From positions 1 to 30,840 of IMG/VR virus record IMGVR_UViG_3300006639_000442: a stretch of DNA of 30,840 bases. The stretch is one strand, 5' to 3'. This DNA is from a virus (taxonomy: Duplodnaviria > Caudoviricetes). Below the pieces are notes generated by a model that saw nothing but the letters and a program-made list of their open reading frames with translations, ran no database searches and was not told the DNA's origin. Below, piece by piece: positions 1-9,211 of the stretch (within the stretch, counting starts at the first letter, position 1; every line of letters starts with the position of its first letter). The translations under genes were made by a program, and so were the position numbers.

Positions 1-35
1 GTATATATTGAAATAATCAACAACGTGAGGTTATA

Positions 36-308
36 ATGGGTAAGAAAGTAAAACGCAAGACTAAAGTTTCTAAGGGCATTCATTCAAACGTATCGGCTTC
101 AACACTGAAAGCAGTGCGTCGTGATGTATCAGAAGTTGCGCGGGCACTTCATAAGCTTGATGCTTGGAAGCGTGGTAAGAATCCATGGATCACGGTTCCT
201 GGAACTGCATCCAATGCAAAGCTTATCAGGGTTCGTGCTAATAGTGTCTATGGTGATCCTAAGAAATCTGGAGCAAACTTATTTGGCGTAAAAGCAGATG
301 TCAATTAA
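36..308 (+). CDS. Small basic hypothetical phage protein
   Basis: 90-aa ORF with SD-like GAGG upstream; Lys/Arg-rich; overlaps the glutaredoxin start. Confidence 0.75.
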   Translation: MGKKVKRKTKVSKGIHSNVSASTLKAVRRDVSEVARALHKLDAWKRGKNPWITVPGTASNAKLIRVRANSVYGDPKKSGANLFGVKADVN

Positions 309-555
309 AACAATCGTTTACACAAAAGATAATTGTCCTTATTGCGCCCAAGCAAAAAGACTATTAGAAGAAAAAGGCAAAGAATATATCGAGACCAACA
401 TTGGTCGCGATATTCGACGTGAAGACTTTATGTCTTTGTTTCCTAACGTGAGATCAGTACCACATATTATTATTGACGGAGAACAAATCGGTGGATTCGA
501 CAAACTTACAGAATGGCTCGACACTTCAGCAGGACGACACTACTTGGCGGAATGA
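298..555 (+). CDS. Glutaredoxin (NrdC/NrdH-like)
   Basis: CPYC active site, RSVPHI cis-Pro motif, IGGFD motif. Confidence 0.95.
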   Translation: MSIKTIVYTKDNCPYCAQAKRLLEEKGKEYIETNIGRDIRREDFMSLFPNVRSVPHIIIDGEQIGGFDKLTEWLDTSAGRHYLAE

Positions 556-829
556 ATACCTCAAGTCTGAGCTATTTAAAAATATCGTAACAGTAGACTT
601 TATTAAAAAGGATGGAACACAGCGTAAGTTGCGTTGCACACTGCGTCCTGATCTTCTTCCGCCACAAACAGATATTGAAGAAGCAGTGTCAAAGCTTCCT
701 TTTCCGACCTCGTTGGCTGTATGGGATCTTGATAATGAAGGATGGCGTTCGTTTCGTTATGACTCGATCCTCGGGTTTACTATTGAACCCGATGAAGATC
801 GTTCGTGGGCGATAGAAGTAGTTACATGA
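491..829 (+). CDS. WYL_2/Sm-like SH3-fold protein conserved in T4-like phages
   Basis: VTVDFIKKDGTQRKLRCTL and VWDLDNEGWRSFRYDSI motifs; GTG at 491 preceded by GGAG is the preferred start (ORF track start 473). Confidence 0.75.
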   Translation: MDSTNLQNGSTLQQDDTTWRNEYLKSELFKNIVTVDFIKKDGTQRKLRCTLRPDLLPPQTDIEEAVSKLPFPTSLAVWDLDNEGWRSFRYDSILGFTIEPDEDRSWAIEVVT

Positions 830-1167
830 TCTACATGGTAGACATTGATCAGACTATTTGTCTGACTCCGTACGTGAGTGGTAAACACATGTATGAACAT
901 TCCATCCCGTTGCACCACAGAATTGAAGCCATAAATAAACTATACGATCAAGGCCATACCATTATCTATTGGACGGCCAGAGGTTCAGGATCGGGAATTG
1001 ACTGGGCCGAACTTACCAACAAACAACTTACAGAATGGGGATGCAAGTTCCACGAGGCACGTCTCGGAAAGCCGTCGTATGATGTTTGGATCGATGACAA
1101 AGCGTTCAGTGACCGGCAATTCTTTCATATTGTAGATTATGAAAACCGCGGAGAAATTAATGAATAA
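826..1167 (+). CDS. Small HAD-superfamily phosphatase (capsule-biosynthesis phosphatase-like; possible GmhB substitute)
   Basis: Motif I DIDQT, motif II WTARG, motif III/IV GKPSYDVWIDDKA; ATG at 826 overlaps the upstream stop (ATGA). Confidence 0.85.
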   Translation: MIYMVDIDQTICLTPYVSGKHMYEHSIPLHHRIEAINKLYDQGHTIIYWTARGSGSGIDWAELTNKQLTEWGCKFHEARLGKPSYDVWIDDKAFSDRQFFHIVDYENRGEINE

Positions 1168-2149
1168 TCAAGACTTGATTGAGCTTAATGACCAGAACAA
1201 GGAATCAAATGGTGGAACAGAACTTACCACCAGGGGTCTCTTTAACCGACTTACTCGTGATGAACTCGATGGTATCCAAATTATCACTGCTCGTGTCCGC
1301 GAGCTCGATCCTGACCGAATTAAGATCTACCATCTACACGATCTTGCCGGTGATCCTGAGGCTTCACACCTTCAAGATGCAGCTTCTCGAGCTCGCTTCG
1401 ACAAGTTGGTCTTCAGCTCTAACTGGCAGTATCAACAGTATCGTGACTATCTTGGAGTGCCATACAGCCATCAGTCAACAGTTATTGAAACAGGTGTCGA
1501 ACCAATTCCACTCGTTGACAAGCCAAAAGATAAAATACGCCTCATCTATACGTCCACACCTCATCGTGGACTGGAGATTCTGGTTCCTGTATTTTGCGCT
1601 CTAGCAGAGAAGTATCCTAATATCGAACTGGATGTATTCTCATCATTCGGTATCTACGGATCGGCATGGGAACAAAGAGATAAACAGTATGAGCCTCTAT
1701 TCGAGGCGTGTCGCAACCATCCTCAGATCAATTATCATGGATGGGCAGATCAGGAGACTGTACGTGCAGCATATCAAAAAGCTCATATCTTCGCTTATCC
1801 TTGCATTTGGCCCGAAACGTCGTGCCGCTCTCTTATTGAGGCTATGTCAGCTGGCTGTCTTGCTGTCCATCCCAATTTCTCTGCACTATCTGATACATGC
1901 GGTGGTCTAACCGTCCAGTACGATGGTGATCATGAGAATGTGAATCTTCATGCAAACATCTTTGCTCACACTCTGATGTATGCTATTGAAAACGTACAGA
2001 ATAATGATCTAAGCAATCTACTCGGATTCATCAAGACTTATGCAGACACGCGATTCTCATGGGATTCGGTTATGCCTAAGTGGAAGGGTTTGATTGCATC
2101 TTTGAAGGCACAGAAAAATGATTCTAGCAAAAGCCCCACTGCGGGTTAG
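1160..2149 (+). CDS. GT-B fold glycosyltransferase (GT4-like)
   Basis: N-terminal GGTE; LIYTSTPHRGL; PCIWPETSCRSLIEAMSAG (E-x7-E); ATG at 1160 with GGAG SD. Confidence 0.9.
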   Translation: MNNQDLIELNDQNKESNGGTELTTRGLFNRLTRDELDGIQIITARVRELDPDRIKIYHLHDLAGDPEASHLQDAASRARFDKLVFSSNWQYQQYRDYLGVPYSHQSTVIETGVEPIPLVDKPKDKIRLIYTSTPHRGLEILVPVFCALAEKYPNIELDVFSSFGIYGSAWEQRDKQYEPLFEACRNHPQINYHGWADQETVRAAYQKAHIFAYPCIWPETSCRSLIEAMSAGCLAVHPNFSALSDTCGGLTVQYDGDHENVNLHANIFAHTLMYAIENVQNNDLSNLLGFIKTYADTRFSWDSVMPKWKGLIASLKAQKNDSSKSPTAG

Positions 2150-3068
2150 TTTTTTTGGTGGGGGTAGCGATATCCCCACCCACTTTGCTATGTGGGGTGG
2201 TGCCACCATCTCTACTGCTATCGACAAGTACGTCTATGTAGCAGTCATGCACACTCCTCACGATCATATCAAAGTTTCCTATTCGAAACAGGAATGTGTA
2301 GATAACGTCGAGGACCTACAGAACGAGATTGTCAAGAATGCTCTCAAGTTCTTCGGCATCAAATCCAACATCGAGATCACATCATTCGCAGATATCCCCA
2401 CGGTCGGTAACGGTCTTGGTGGATCGTCTGCGTTTACCTGTGCTCTGATTAAGGCATTGTCTGCATATCTTGGATATGAGTACATCAATCCGTATGGTGT
2501 GGCCAAGACTGCATGTCATATCGAGATCGACCTGTGTGGTTGGAAGATCGGTATGCAGGATCAATTCGCATCTGCATTCGGTGGTATGAACTATATCCAA
2601 TATCGTGGTGAAATGGGAGCTCCCCAGTTTCATATTAAACGATTGGATTCCAATGCCATCGAAAACTATATGATCTTGATTCCTACTAATGTAGAACACC
2701 ATGCAGCTAAGATTCTCGATAATATCAACTTCGAAGCCAAGACGTTTGTGATTCGTGAACTGGCTAATATGGCAGAGATGCAAGGCACACAACCTGTCAA
2801 TATCAATGAATATGGACGGCTTCTCAACTCTGCCTGGGAACTCAAGAAGCAGATGAGTGATGAGGTCTCTACGACCGATATAGATAGTATGTACGATCGC
2901 TGCAAAGCAGCCGGCGCATATGGTGCCAAGTTGTTAGGTGCAGGAGGCGGCGGATACATGCTAGCACTCACTGATTCTAAGAGTGCAATCCGCCAAGAAT
3001 TTTCAGATCGCACTTGCCTTGACGTAGGAATCTCACATGAAGGAGCTAAAGTTGTCTACCGCGATTGA
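2118..3068 (+). CDS. hddA: GHMP kinase, D-glycero-alpha-D-manno-heptose-7-phosphate kinase (HddA-like)
   Basis: KAPLRVSFFGGGSD, GNGLGGSSA, IGMQDQFASAFGG and GAKLLGAGGGG motifs; adjacent to gmhA. Confidence 0.85.
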   Translation: MILAKAPLRVSFFGGGSDIPTHFAMWGGATISTAIDKYVYVAVMHTPHDHIKVSYSKQECVDNVEDLQNEIVKNALKFFGIKSNIEITSFADIPTVGNGLGGSSAFTCALIKALSAYLGYEYINPYGVAKTACHIEIDLCGWKIGMQDQFASAFGGMNYIQYRGEMGAPQFHIKRLDSNAIENYMILIPTNVEHHAAKILDNINFEAKTFVIRELANMAEMQGTQPVNINEYGRLLNSAWELKKQMSDEVSTTDIDSMYDRCKAAGAYGAKLLGAGGGGYMLALTDSKSAIRQEFSDRTCLDVGISHEGAKVVYRD

Positions 3069-3633
3069 AAATATCTGGGTTCAACATCGTAATGAAGTCA
3101 TTGCTGGTTTGAACTCTATTAGTATGCATGATTTGCAAAAGGCAGCAGATGTAATCCTGTACGCTATCAGGAGTGGTAAAACCATATATACTGCTGGCAA
3201 CGGTGCATCCGCTGCTATTGCCCAACACTGGGCATGTGACTATACCAAGGGTTGCTCTGAAATTGGTTCTCGTCCTTTCAAACCTAAGGTCATTTCGTTA
3301 TCTGCTAACATCCCTCTTATGACGGCAATCTCGAATGATATTTCTTACGACGAAGTATATGCTTACCAACTCGAGCGTCTGGCCGATCCTGGTGATGTCT
3401 TTATCAGCATTAGCAGTTCTGGCAATTCCCCATCGGTGGTACGAGCATGCGAAGTTGCTCTTGAAAAGAATCTTAGTGTCATTGCGTTGACCGGATTCTA
3501 TGGTGGTAAAACCAATGAACTTGCACAGTATCCTATCCACGTAGCTGTCGAGGAATACGAGGCTGCCGAGGATGTGCATCAAGCAATTATGCATATGATC
3601 GCAAAATATCTTCGTTTTCGAAAGTGGGACTGA
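3037..3633 (+). CDS. gmhA: Phosphoheptose (sedoheptulose-7-phosphate) isomerase, SIS domain
   Basis: AGNGASAAIAQH, ISSSGNSPSV, ALTGFYGG and EDVHQAIMH motifs. Confidence 0.88.
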   Translation: MKELKLSTAIENIWVQHRNEVIAGLNSISMHDLQKAADVILYAIRSGKTIYTAGNGASAAIAQHWACDYTKGCSEIGSRPFKPKVISLSANIPLMTAISNDISYDEVYAYQLERLADPGDVFISISSSGNSPSVVRACEVALEKNLSVIALTGFYGGKTNELAQYPIHVAVEEYEAAEDVHQAIMHMIAKYLRFRKWD

Positions 3634-3671
3634 AAATAGTTGTGTACAAATTATGAAAAGTATGGTAGGTT
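3633..3671 (+). promoter_or_regulatory. Phage early promoter, copy 1 (TGTACA 3643-3648, N17, TAGGTT 3666-3671)
   Basis: Repeated motif aaaatagttgTGTACAaattat with exact 17-nt spacing to TAnnnT; intergenic. Confidence 0.8.
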
Positions 3672-3700
3672 GAATAATCAACTGCTGAGGAATAACATAC

Positions 3701-4810
3701 ATGGCTATCAAGCTCAAGCCTAAACCAAAGATCAAGTCCCGCGCTGTCATCAAGTCTATCGATGACAAGCACTACGGTTCAGAGCCGCTTATCATTGGTA
3801 TTCACACTGGTGAATATCGTGATGCTCTGAACTGGTACAACTATATGCATGATCAGGATCAGGCACGTGAGTGGTTGCTTGAGTTCATGAAGTCTGCACA
3901 GTTTGACCGTGCTAAGATTGCAGCCGTTCGTCGTTGCCCCAAGCACAAGGTTCCTACCACCATCGGTTGGCAGGCACGTATGATGATGAATGGCAATACG
4001 CTTGCACCATCCTCATACGAGTTCTTCAATGGCCACCTTGACCGTCTCGTTGAGATGGGTAAAGAACTTCAGGATGAGTCGGCCATGGCCGCCCCTGATA
4101 AGCCAGTCATTGACATCCAAGCACGTATCCGTTTCCGTGCAAATAGCCTCATCACTATGGTCGAAGAAGAAATCGATGGCGTGATGAACGGTGATACCTT
4201 CGACATCTATAGCTTCCTTCAAAAGCATGAGGTCACTCCTCAGGCAGCAGGATATATCCGTGACTACTATCTTCCTATGAAGGAAGAACTAGAACTTGAT
4301 GACGAACAAGTCAAGGAAGCCTATGGTAAAAAACTTAAGTTCTGGTGTGATTTCTATTGTACTCTTATTACAGACTGTGATAGATTCATAAATAACAAGA
4401 AGGCAGTCAAGATCCGCAAGCCACGTGAGAAGAAAGTCAAGTCGGCTGTAGATGTTGTCAAGGCTCTCAAGTATCAGAAGGAAGAACCTTCATTGAAGAT
4501 CGTCTCTGTCCATCCGACTGAGATTGTAGGATGTAACCAACTATGGGTTTACAACACGAAGTACAAGAAGTTGACTCAGTATATTTCCATGAGTCCAAAC
4601 GGATTGCAGGTCAAGGGTACTACGCTCATCGGATACGACCCAGAGACTTCATTGAGCAAAGGTCTGCGAAAGCCAGACACTGCCATTCAGTCGCTTCTTT
4701 CTGCAGGCAAAGTCAGCCTACGCAAGTTCATGGACGAGCTCAAGACTACACCATCCACCCCAAATGGTCGTATCAATGAGCAGACCATCCTACTAAGGGT
4801 TGTTAAGTGA
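3701..4810 (+). CDS. Conserved hypothetical protein of T4-like phages
   Basis: 369-aa ORF with GAGG SD, directly behind an early promoter; function not recognised. Confidence 0.85.
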   Translation: MAIKLKPKPKIKSRAVIKSIDDKHYGSEPLIIGIHTGEYRDALNWYNYMHDQDQAREWLLEFMKSAQFDRAKIAAVRRCPKHKVPTTIGWQARMMMNGNTLAPSSYEFFNGHLDRLVEMGKELQDESAMAAPDKPVIDIQARIRFRANSLITMVEEEIDGVMNGDTFDIYSFLQKHEVTPQAAGYIRDYYLPMKEELELDDEQVKEAYGKKLKFWCDFYCTLITDCDRFINNKKAVKIRKPREKKVKSAVDVVKALKYQKEEPSLKIVSVHPTEIVGCNQLWVYNTKYKKLTQYISMSPNGLQVKGTTLIGYDPETSLSKGLRKPDTAIQSLLSAGKVSLRKFMDELKTTPSTPNGRINEQTILLRVVK

Positions 4811-5163
4811 CGGACAATGTAATCCAATTCCCTAAATCTAAACTAAACACACCGCCTCAGTCACTCGAGGAGATGGTTGCAGACATCGATCGCCTGAGGC
4901 GTGAAACCGCTGATGAGATTGCTACTAGTATGATACCACAACTCATCGGTATCTTCATGGCCAACGGCATCGATGCTGATCAGCATGAGTACATCAAAGA
5001 TGTCTCAATGATTGTAGAGTCTTCCAAGTCTCTGCTATATAAATACTACAATATCGAACATCCCTTCCATGAGATGATCGACTCGGTATTTGAATTTAGT
5101 TATAATGATGATGACACGGTAGCGTATTCCTATTCGTTGCCAACAGAACCGGAGGAAGAGTGA
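4807..5163 (+). CDS. Hypothetical protein (acidic)
   Basis: GTG start overlapping the upstream stop; fills the gap before rnh. Confidence 0.75.
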   Translation: MTDNVIQFPKSKLNTPPQSLEEMVADIDRLRRETADEIATSMIPQLIGIFMANGIDADQHEYIKDVSMIVESSKSLLYKYYNIEHPFHEMIDSVFEFSYNDDDTVAYSYSLPTEPEEE

Positions 5164-5180
5164 GAGCTCTTTAATTTGAT

Positions 5181-6032
5181 ATGATTATTGTTGACCTATC
5201 CCAAGTAATGATTTCTAATTTGATGATGCAGTTGGGTAACCATACCAACACAGAGGTCGAAGAAGATCTTCTTCGCCATATGATCCTTAACTCTATTCGT
5301 TCCTATAACCAGAAGTTCAAGGACGAGTACGGTGAGATGATCATTGCATGCGACGACCGTGCATTCTGGCGTCGTGATATCTTCCCATACTACAAAGCAA
5401 ACCGTAAGAAGTCACGTGAGAAGTCGGAACTCAACTGGACTCAGATCTTTGATGCACTGCACAAGATTCGTGACGAACTTAAGGCATTCTTCCCGTATCG
5501 TGTTGTGCAGGTCGATGGTGCAGAGGCAGATGACATCATCGGAACTCTTGCCATGAACTATGGCGACACTAACGAGAAGATCCTCATCCTCTCTGGCGAC
5601 AAGGACTTCGTCCAGCTTCAGCGTTACAACAACGTCAAGCAGTACGATCCTGTCCAGAAGAAGTTCCGCACTACCAACGACCCAGATCGGTTTATCAAGG
5701 AACACATCATGCGTGGTGACATCGGTGACGGCGTTCCTAACTTTTTGTCGACTGACAACTGTCTGGTTGTAGGCGAACGACAGAAGCCGGTTGCCAGCAA
5801 GAAGCTGGATGTATGGGTCCACCTCAAACCAGAAGAATTTTGTGACGATCGTATGCTACGTGGCTACCGTCGCAATCAACAGCTTGTAGACCTGTCCTTC
5901 ATCCCTCTGAATATCCAGGAAAACATCCTGGCTGAGTACGAGGCACAGGCCGGCAAGGGTCGTAAACACATGTTCAACTACTTCGTTGAGAAGAAGCTGA
6001 AGAACCTAATGGAAAGCATTAACGAGTTTTAA
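5181..6032 (+). CDS. rnh: T4-type RNase H / 5'-3' exonuclease (FEN family)
   Basis: MIIVDLSQ, WRRDIFPYYKANRK, EADDIIG, SGDKDFVQL and GDIGDGVPN motifs. Confidence 0.95.
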   Translation: MIIVDLSQVMISNLMMQLGNHTNTEVEEDLLRHMILNSIRSYNQKFKDEYGEMIIACDDRAFWRRDIFPYYKANRKKSREKSELNWTQIFDALHKIRDELKAFFPYRVVQVDGAEADDIIGTLAMNYGDTNEKILILSGDKDFVQLQRYNNVKQYDPVQKKFRTTNDPDRFIKEHIMRGDIGDGVPNFLSTDNCLVVGERQKPVASKKLDVWVHLKPEEFCDDRMLRGYRRNQQLVDLSFIPLNIQENILAEYEAQAGKGRKHMFNYFVEKKLKNLMESINEF

Positions 6033-6033
6033 T

Positions 6034-6447
6034 ATGGCAACACTAGCTATTTCACAGATCATCGAGAACGCAGGTAAGCTGGAAACCCAAGTGGAAAAGG
6101 CACAATATCTGCGTGATCACGACAGCGAAACCCTTCGCTATATTCTCGAACTAGCATTCTATCCTGGTGTCCGTTGGGAACTACCAGAAGGAGCTCCCCC
6201 GTACAAGCCTACTGCCTATCTGGATCAGGAAGGCCGTCTGTATCAGGAAGCACGTACTCTGTCTATGTACCTGTTGGGCAACAACCCTGAGCTTGGTAAG
6301 GTCAAGCGTGAGATGTTGTTCATCGGTCTGCTCGAGTCGTTGTTCCCTAAGGATGCACAACTCTTGATCGCCGTCAAGGACAGAAAGGTTACCGATCTGG
6401 ATGTTGACACTATCAACCTTGCATTCCCAGGACTTATTCCGGCATGA
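6034..6447 (+). CDS. Conserved T4-like hypothetical protein (DUF6433-like)
   Basis: WELPEGAPPYKP and KREMLFIGLLESL motifs; typical position after rnh. Confidence 0.75.
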   Translation: MATLAISQIIENAGKLETQVEKAQYLRDHDSETLRYILELAFYPGVRWELPEGAPPYKPTAYLDQEGRLYQEARTLSMYLLGNNPELGKVKREMLFIGLLESLFPKDAQLLIAVKDRKVTDLDVDTINLAFPGLIPA

Positions 6448-6611
6448 GCAAGTCAGTTAAGCGCAATAATAAGTATTTTGCCGAAGACTATGAACAGTAT
6501 GACCAGGATGATCGTGCAGCACACTTGAAGGAAAAAAGACTTAGGTCTGCGCTGCGATCCAAGAACTGGGATACACTACAACGGATGATGGAAACGGAAG
6601 AAGAGTATTAA
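6444..6611 (+). CDS. Small hypothetical protein, 55 aa, not in the ORF track (MSKSVKRNNKYF...METEEEY)
   Basis: ATGA overlap with the upstream stop and TAATG overlap with the downstream start; fills the gap exactly. Confidence 0.75.
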   Translation: MSKSVKRNNKYFAEDYEQYDQDDRAAHLKEKRLRSALRSKNWDTLQRMMETEEEY

Positions 6612-6904
6612 TGCCGTTATATGAGTTCGTGAATACCGAGACCGGAGAACAGTGGGATGACTTCATGTCGTATGAGTCATACAAGGCATTTCTTGCCGAG
6701 AATCCTCACATTAATCCGGTCTATTCCATTTCGATCATCGGTGGTACTGGTGATCGAGTAAAGACGGACAGTGGGTTTGGTGATGTATTGAATCGAATTG
6801 CCAAAGCGAATCCCCACTCTCCATTAGCCCAGACACACGGCGATAAGGGTGTCAGAGCATCTAAAACGCGTGAGGTCGTTAATAAACATAAAAGCAAGGG
6901 ATAA
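6611..6904 (+). CDS. FmdB-like small regulatory protein (Cys ligands absent)
   Basis: MPLYEFVNTETGE N-terminus; usual position upstream of phoH in T4-like phages. Confidence 0.65.
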   Translation: MPLYEFVNTETGEQWDDFMSYESYKAFLAENPHINPVYSISIIGGTGDRVKTDSGFGDVLNRIAKANPHSPLAQTHGDKGVRASKTREVVNKHKSKG

Positions 6905-6907
6905 CTT

Positions 6908-7660
6908 GTGGAACATAGCCAGCCTCGTCTAACAAAGAGAGAAAAAAGAATCGCCAGACAAAATGGTGATGTTATTGAAGGACCGACATTTAGAAGTCAG
7001 AACTTCAATCTTAAACATATCAATCCTCTCACAGAGAATCAACGTATTGCGTTTGATGCATTTGATGACGGAAAACATCTAATGCTACATGGTATGGCTG
7101 GCACCGGTAAAACTTTTATTGCCCTTTATAAGTCAATTGAAGCAATGATGGAAAATACTGGTGTACAAAAAAAGATTTACATTGTAAGATCAGTAGTACC
7201 AACACGTGATATGGGCTTCCTTCCGGGCAACCAGAAGGAGAAGATGAAGGTCTACGAGGCACCTTACTATGCCATCTGTACCGAACTGTTTGATCGGTCT
7301 GATGCGTATGAGGTTCTTAAACAGAAGAATGCAATTGAGTTTATCTCGACATCGTTCGTTCGTGGTATCACCATGAATAACTGTTATGTGATTGTGGATG
7401 AAGTGAATAACATGTCCTACCATGAATTGGACTCTGTGATTACACGTATTGGTAAAGGTTGTAGAGTATTGTTCTGTGGTGACTTCCGCCAATCAGATCT
7501 TACAAAAGAACAAGAACGTAACGGGTTAAAGGACTTCATGAGAGTCCTTGACCGATTGAATGATTTTGTACATGTTGACTTCCTCGAACAAGATATTGTT
7601 CGTTCGAAGCTAGTGAAGGAATATATCATTGCTCGCCAAAAACTCGGTCTCCAACCGTAA
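6908..7660 (+). CDS. phoH: PhoH-family ATPase
   Basis: Walker A GMAGTGKT; RSVVPTRDMGFLPG; RGIT; IVDE; TRIG; GDFRQSDL. Confidence 0.95.
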   Translation: MEHSQPRLTKREKRIARQNGDVIEGPTFRSQNFNLKHINPLTENQRIAFDAFDDGKHLMLHGMAGTGKTFIALYKSIEAMMENTGVQKKIYIVRSVVPTRDMGFLPGNQKEKMKVYEAPYYAICTELFDRSDAYEVLKQKNAIEFISTSFVRGITMNNCYVIVDEVNNMSYHELDSVITRIGKGCRVLFCGDFRQSDLTKEQERNGLKDFMRVLDRLNDFVHVDFLEQDIVRSKLVKEYIIARQKLGLQP

Positions 7661-8315
7661 GATCTTTAACTTTGTTCCTGATGAAGAATTCGAATTCTTT
7701 GATCGTAAAGAGATTGACGGCATCAGGCACTACATAACACCGAATGGCAACTATCCATCGGTTACAACCGTACTCGGTGCAATGCTAGACAAGTCAGCAC
7801 TTGACGAATGGCGTGCACGGGTAGGTGACGAGCAAGCCGACTTCACTAGTCGGCTTGCCGCTGCAAGGGGTACTAACATCCACACTATGTGTGAGAACTA
7901 CGTTCGAGGAGAGGATGTGGATGTTAGTATGCCCTTTAATGCATACCTATTTGACCAGGTCAAGAAGGTTCTAGATGAACACGTCGATGATATCATCGGA
8001 TGTGAACTAACACTGAAGTCTGATGAATTACAGATTGCAGGATCTTGTGACCTGATTGCACTGTATGACCGTAAACTATCGATCATCGACTACAAGTCAT
8101 CGGCTAAGAATAAGATGAAGCAATGGATTGAATCCTATTTCCTTCAGACATCACTCTATGCCTATATGCTGTGGGAGATGACTGGCTTGATGGCCAAACA
8201 GTGTGTCATTATCATCGCAGTGGATGAGGAACCGATGCCACAAGTCTTTATTGTCAAGCCTCGAGAGTACCTTGAGAAAGCAGCGGCTCTCTGTCGAGCC
8301 TACCACAAAAAATAA
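7629..8315 (+). CDS. PD-(D/E)XK exonuclease
   Basis: YPSVTTVL, RGTNIH, AGSCDLI...IIDYKSS and YFLQ..LY motifs; start codon uncertain. Confidence 0.88.
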   Translation: MLAKNSVSNRKIFNFVPDEEFEFFDRKEIDGIRHYITPNGNYPSVTTVLGAMLDKSALDEWRARVGDEQADFTSRLAAARGTNIHTMCENYVRGEDVDVSMPFNAYLFDQVKKVLDEHVDDIIGCELTLKSDELQIAGSCDLIALYDRKLSIIDYKSSAKNKMKQWIESYFLQTSLYAYMLWEMTGLMAKQCVIIIAVDEEPMPQVFIVKPREYLEKAAALCRAYHKK

Positions 8316-8317
8316 GG

Positions 8318-8345
8318 AAATGCGGCTTCGGTCGCATTTTTTTTC
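8318..8345 (+). terminator. Rho-independent terminator with cUUCGg tetraloop
   Basis: aaatgcggc-TTCG-gtcgcattt followed by a T run, just after the exonuclease stop. Confidence 0.9.
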
Positions 8346-8354
8346 ACTTTTTGA

Positions 8355-8383
8355 TGTACATTATTTTGAAAACAATATAAGGT
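8355..8383 (+). promoter_or_regulatory. Phage early promoter, copy 2 (TGTACA-N17-TAAGGT)
   Basis: Same -35 hexamer and 17-nt spacing as the other copies; directly after a terminator. Confidence 0.7.
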
Positions 8384-8410
8384 GTACCTATGATGATGAA
8401 AGGAACAAAT

Positions 8411-8611
8411 ATGACCATCGACGAATTTGATGCCCTCTTTGATATCCATGACGATCTGCATGACAAGTACATGGAGTATATCATGGAGAATGCTGATCCG
8501 GAAGAATGCATGATCTGCGATGGTGATTCGCTGATCGTTGCTTCCGAAAGTGGTTACCTCTTTGAGGAATTCTACAACCACTGCATGAAGATTGGTATCG
8601 AAAATATTTAA
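8411..8611 (+). CDS. Small acidic hypothetical protein
   Basis: AAGGA SD then ATG at 8411; behind an early promoter. Confidence 0.75.
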   Translation: MTIDEFDALFDIHDDLHDKYMEYIMENADPEECMICDGDSLIVASESGYLFEEFYNHCMKIGIENI

Positions 8612-8649
8612 AAATAACTGTGTACAATTAATCAAAACCATCGTAGAAT
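8611..8649 (+). promoter_or_regulatory. Phage early promoter, copy 3 (TGTACA 8621-8626, N17, TAGAAT 8644-8649)
   Basis: aaaataactgTGTACA with 17-nt spacer. Confidence 0.8.
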
Positions 8650-8681
8650 GGTTATACCAAATGGTGATAAAGGAATTGAAA

Positions 8682-8960
8682 ATGACTGCTCCCAAGACTG
8701 TTTTGATCGGTGATCGTGTTCGTTACGAATCTGCTGCTGGTACGATCCGCGGTGAAGTCGTTGAGATCGTTGATCGTCCCTGTGGTGACAACGTTGTTCG
8801 TCCTTGGATTGTCGTAGAACACTATCTTGATGGTCGTCCGGTTCGTACATCTTTGGCTGACCTGTCTCTGGCAATGATGAAGTTCAAGGTGATCTTCCGT
8901 GACATCTGCAACTATGATGCTCTTGCCGAGCGTTATGCCTACGAAAAACAATTTGCATAA
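8682..8960 (+). CDS. Hypothetical early protein (possible SH3/KOW-like beta-barrel)
   Basis: AAGGA SD then ATG at 8682; IGDRVRY...GEVVEI pattern. Confidence 0.75.
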   Translation: MTAPKTVLIGDRVRYESAAGTIRGEVVEIVDRPCGDNVVRPWIVVEHYLDGRPVRTSLADLSLAMMKFKVIFRDICNYDALAERYAYEKQFA

Positions 8961-9018
8961 TTTCGAAAATAGTTGTGTACAAATTATCAAAAGTATCGTA
9001 GAGTGAATAATAAGCTAA
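8953..9018 (+). repeat. 66-bp direct repeat copy A, containing early promoter copy 4 (TGTACA 8976-8981, TAGAGT 8999-9004)
   Basis: 61/66 identical to 9204-9269 by manual alignment. Confidence 0.9.
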
Positions 9019-9028
9019 GGAGATTGTT

Positions 9029-9211
9029 ATGAACAAAGTTACTCGTGATATCGCTGCTAACCTCAATGTCTCGCTCGGAGATGCTGCGCTGATTCAGTAT
9101 GCATTGGAATGTGATGGTTTCGATTTCAGTGAATGTTCGAACCGTCAATTGTATCGTGAAGCTAAGCGTGCTTATGCAGACATCCTTGCTGAGTCGATGG
9201 AAATTGCATAA
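9029..9211 (+). CDS. Small hypothetical early protein
   Basis: Strong AAGGAG SD; lies between the two 66-bp repeats. Confidence 0.8.
   Translation: MNKVTRDIAANLNVSLGDAALIQYALECDGFDFSECSNRQLYREAKRAYADILAESMEIA

Noticed and set aside
5038-5045. TATAAATA inside ORF 4807-5163, upstream of rnh
   Set aside because: It lies within coding sequence (Y-K-Y codons) and can arise by chance; not called without TSS data
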